Origin: Octopus sinensis | Lineage: Eukaryota | NCBI RefSeq assembly: GCF_006345805.1 | Contig: NW_021827771.1 | Coordinates: forward strand, 1-10,154 | Length of the DNA: 10,154 bases | Direction: 5' to 3' | The notes under the pieces: generated by a model | Told to the model about the DNA's origin: nothing | Seen by the model: the letters and a program-made list of their open reading frames with translations, nothing else | The model's database searches: none | Shown here: in pieces, positions 7,665-10,154 of the stretch | Layout: each line of letters opens with the position of its first letter | Numbering within the stretch: position 1 is the stretch's first letter | Position numbers and translations under genes: made by a program

Positions 7665-7889
7665 AAGGCGGTGAGTTGACAGAATCGTTAGCACGCCGGG
7701 CGAAATTCTTAGCGGCGTTTCGTCCGTCTTCACGTTCTGAGTACAAATTCCGTCGAAGTTGACTTTGCCTTTCATCATTTCGAAGTCGATAAATTAAGTA
7801 CCAGTTGCGTACTGGGGTCGATCTAATCTACTGGCCTCCTCCCCCAAAATTTTGGACCTTGTGCCTAGAGTAGAAAAACAAATAATAAT
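7665..7889 (+). mobile_element. SINE family A, copy 3 (most complete)
   Basis: A-box-like TGACAGAATCG (7677-7687), degenerate B box GTACAAATTCC (7741-7751), repeated TCGA motifs, and a 3' end GTGCCTAGAGTAGAAAAAC with a short AAT tail. Homologous to 332-448 and 6137-6278. Confidence 0.88.
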
Positions 7890-8816
7890 GTGCAAGACTG
7901 AAAATGGTTTATGAAACCAGTGAGAGCTTTGTAGCGAATGAGTAGAAATTTAGACATTCAAGTGTGGAGACAAAAAAAAAAAAAACTATTATTCAGATGA
8001 AAAACTAAATTTTCATAATTTCTCAATAGATGGCGCTACAGCACCACTGCCATTAAAGCAAACAGCATGACAGTGGTAGTGTAGTTGCAGTAGACTATAT
8101 AAAAGCTATTCTTTATAATTATATTTATATCATAATTTATATTATAATTATATTTACATCAACAATCTTAATTAACTCAAATGCCTTATAGTATAGAAAA
8201 ATTATTTACAAATTCTAAATAATGCAATTATAGTCTTTGTAAGCGGCTGATTTCAACAACTTCTAAACTAGCGTTTTGGAAGTCGTATATTTTTCAAGAT
8301 ATATCTTTCATAAAAAAGGAAAATTGGTGCGTCCTCCATACTGCAAAATACGGTAATATTTGTCATTGACTAACATTGTTGGGTTTTTTTCCCTCCTTTC
8401 ATTTATATTCAGTTTTTGTATTGTTTTATTTTGTTTTGTTGGTGGGGTGGCAGGTTTTAATGGACTGTACATGAAATATGTTAATACTAACATAAATACT
8501 TTTTTTGCTTCGTTGTTGTTTTTTGGTTTGTATTGATGTCTCGATTAAATTATTTAATGTCTATGCTCCTACGACGACAAATGTCCACTGTTGTATATTT
8601 ACGTACTGATTTTCTTAACGTTATTTCATTCGGCAAATATTGTGAAGATTATGATATATTTCAAGAGGTCGAAATACGATCGAATCATATTCCAAGTTTT
8701 CTCCCTTTGTGTGCCGGAGAAAATTAAAATAATTATAACACCAGATATTCAGCCGTAATGTTTCGAGACAAGAACGACAATTGACAATATTATTTAGACA
8801 TAAATGACATATCTTT

Positions 8817-8923
8817 GGTGGATTCTCTTATAAACAATAGCCAGAGGTTCCAAGAGTTCCTGCTGAACAACCTGCGCAGGAAAATATTTGTAGTGTACAT
8901 TAGCTTGCTCTCACCATCATATC
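8817..8923 (-). mobile_element. Probable 3' part of the old SINE interrupted by the foldback element
   Basis: Minus strand GATATGATGGTGAGAGCAAGCTAATGTAC...GCAGGTTGTTCAGCAGGAA continues an octopus SINE consensus as I recall it (unverified). It shares the duplicated 11-mer with 9182-9192. Confidence 0.55.
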
Positions 8924-9181
8924 CGTGTGCAGACAATTCGTCGAGAGACAATTCGTCGACAGACAATTCGTCGACAGACAATTCGCCGACAGACTATTCG
9001 CAGACAATTCGGCGATTGGATAATTGACTGATTGGACAATACTTTAATGATTTGACCAATCCATCGCTTTAACAATAATAATGATGATTTCACATTTTGG
9101 TACAAGGCCAGCAAGATCAGGGAAGCGGGTAAATCTGTAAATTGTCTGTCGGCCAACTGTTTGTCGACGAATTGTCCGTCG
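8924..9181. mobile_element. Foldback-type MITE with arms made of 15-bp tandem units and a candidate 11-bp TSD
   Basis: Left arm has six units of AGACAATTCGTCGAC (8931-9016, one with a 4-nt deletion). Right arm has about three inverted units (9134-9183, best TCGACGAATTGTCCG at 9164-9178). Flanks are ACCATCATATC (8913-8923) and ACCATCAGATC (9182-9192). Confidence 0.72.
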
Positions 9182-9370
9182 ACCATCAGATCGACATTGG
9201 TTGTACAAGTGCATAGTGTATTACGCGTCAAATATCGAAGTGATACCACAGAGCAGCATCAAATGAAGTGTTTTGCTCAAGAAATACAACGCATCGCACG
9301 GAGCGGAAATGGAAAACTATTATCCTACGATTATGACTGCACTACTTTCACCACAAGGCTACGCGCCTTC
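9182..9370 (-). mobile_element. Old, diverged tRNA/CORE-type SINE, 5' part
   Basis: The reverse complement GAAGGCGCGTAGCCTTGTGG...ATAATCGTAGG...GCGTTGTATTTCTTGAGCAAAACACTTCATTT...GCTGCTC aligns almost without gaps to the head and CORE of 3268-3385. Confidence 0.8.
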
Positions 9371-9777
9371 ACGTTGACACAGCCACAACAAGTAATTATA
9401 ATGTCGTGCAGCATTGACTGCGATGTAGACATCTTACACTCAATTACTGCACAATTACAGCATGCAAGAAATGTAAACCTATCATTTTGTATACTAATTG
9501 GTACAACCCCGAAATGGTGTGATACACAATTGCTTCGCTAAAAAAAGCTTAATGACAGATTATTACGTAATGATTATAGACAGAGGAAAGTTGCAGAGAA
9601 CAGCAACACTAGACATTGGAAACCTATTTTTGCTACACTAAAGCGGTTGTTAGCCGTCACCTTATTTTCTATACAACACTTCTGTTATGTCTTTCAATTC
9701 GTTGCGCGATAAGAAAGAAATGGAGATGTCTTGCAAGGTTCTTTGAGATTTTCTTTGAGGTTTTCTTGTACTTTTTT

Positions 9778-9812
9778 TGTTTGTTTGTTTGTTTGGTTTG
9801 TCTTGTTTGTTT
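9778..9812. repeat. (TTTG)n microsatellite
   Basis: Directly visible, imperfect. Confidence 0.8.
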
Positions 9813-9867
9813 CTTTCAGACTGTCTACGTGATAATTGCCAAGTAATTGTTGGCAATTATCTGTGCT

Positions 9868-10068
9868 TATATATATGTTTATGTATGTATGTATGTATGT
9901 ATGTATATATAGATAGATATATAGATAGATAGATATGTATATATATATGTATGTATATGCATGTATGTATATATATATGTATGTATATGCATGTATGTAT
10001 ATATATGTATGTATATGCATGTATGTATGTGTGTATGTGGGTAGGTAGGTAGATACGTACGTAGGTAT
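9868..10068. repeat. Compound (TATG)n/(GATA)n/(TA)n microsatellite with a 30-nt higher-order unit
   Basis: Directly visible; the unit ending in ATATGCAT is repeated three times at 9933-10020. Confidence 0.92.
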
Positions 10069-10154
10069 GTTAGTTCTTTGTAACATAGTGCAATAAAGTA
10101 TTCTTAGATGATCAGTTAAGCATCCAGTTGCACTTGGAACAACGCAGAGTTCCA

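Noticed and set aside
8665-8727. LRR-like peptide EVEIRSNHIPSFLP
   Set aside because: Wrong phase, in-frame stop and no donor.
8931-9016. CRISPR-like array
   Set aside because: The units are head-to-tail with no unique spacers, there are no cas genes, and the context is eukaryotic.
9161-9541. 126-aa plus-strand ORF
   Set aside because: It runs through the foldback right arm and the antisense of an old SINE; no motif.
9586-9657. Second LRR exon candidate KVAENSNTRHWKPIFATLKRLLAV
   Set aside because: N, F and L fall in register, but key hydrophobic positions fail, there is no pyrimidine tract, and no GT donor at 72 nt.
1-10154. A novel enzyme, defence or operon-like system
   Set aside because: No intact multi-domain ORF exists; coding content is limited to one 72-nt exon and a broken retroelement fragment.

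Overview
Eukaryotic, AT-rich window dense in microsatellites and SINEs. It is most likely intronic DNA of a coleoid cephalopod (Octopus-like). That assignment is inferred from recalled repeat families and composition, not from a search. Almost all listed ORFs are microsatellite artefacts. The only well-supported coding sequence is a 72-nt, phase 2-2 exon at 7095-7166 (+) encoding one extracellular-type leucine-rich repeat; it is hidden at the end of a poly-Ser ORF. Around it are: tRNA/CORE-type SINEs, three copies of a second SINE family, a hAT-type MITE fragment, and the antisense 3' end of an R4/Dong-like RLE retrotransposon set in ATT-derived microsatellites. That microsatellite block also forms a ~480-nt AG-free zone before the exon. 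The window also holds a 258-bp foldback-type element with 15-bp modular inverted arms and an apparent 11-bp target duplication, a homeodomain/CRE/octamer motif cluster (3986-4339), and several hairpins. I see no new enzyme-encoding system; the novelty candidates are element-level and regulatory.
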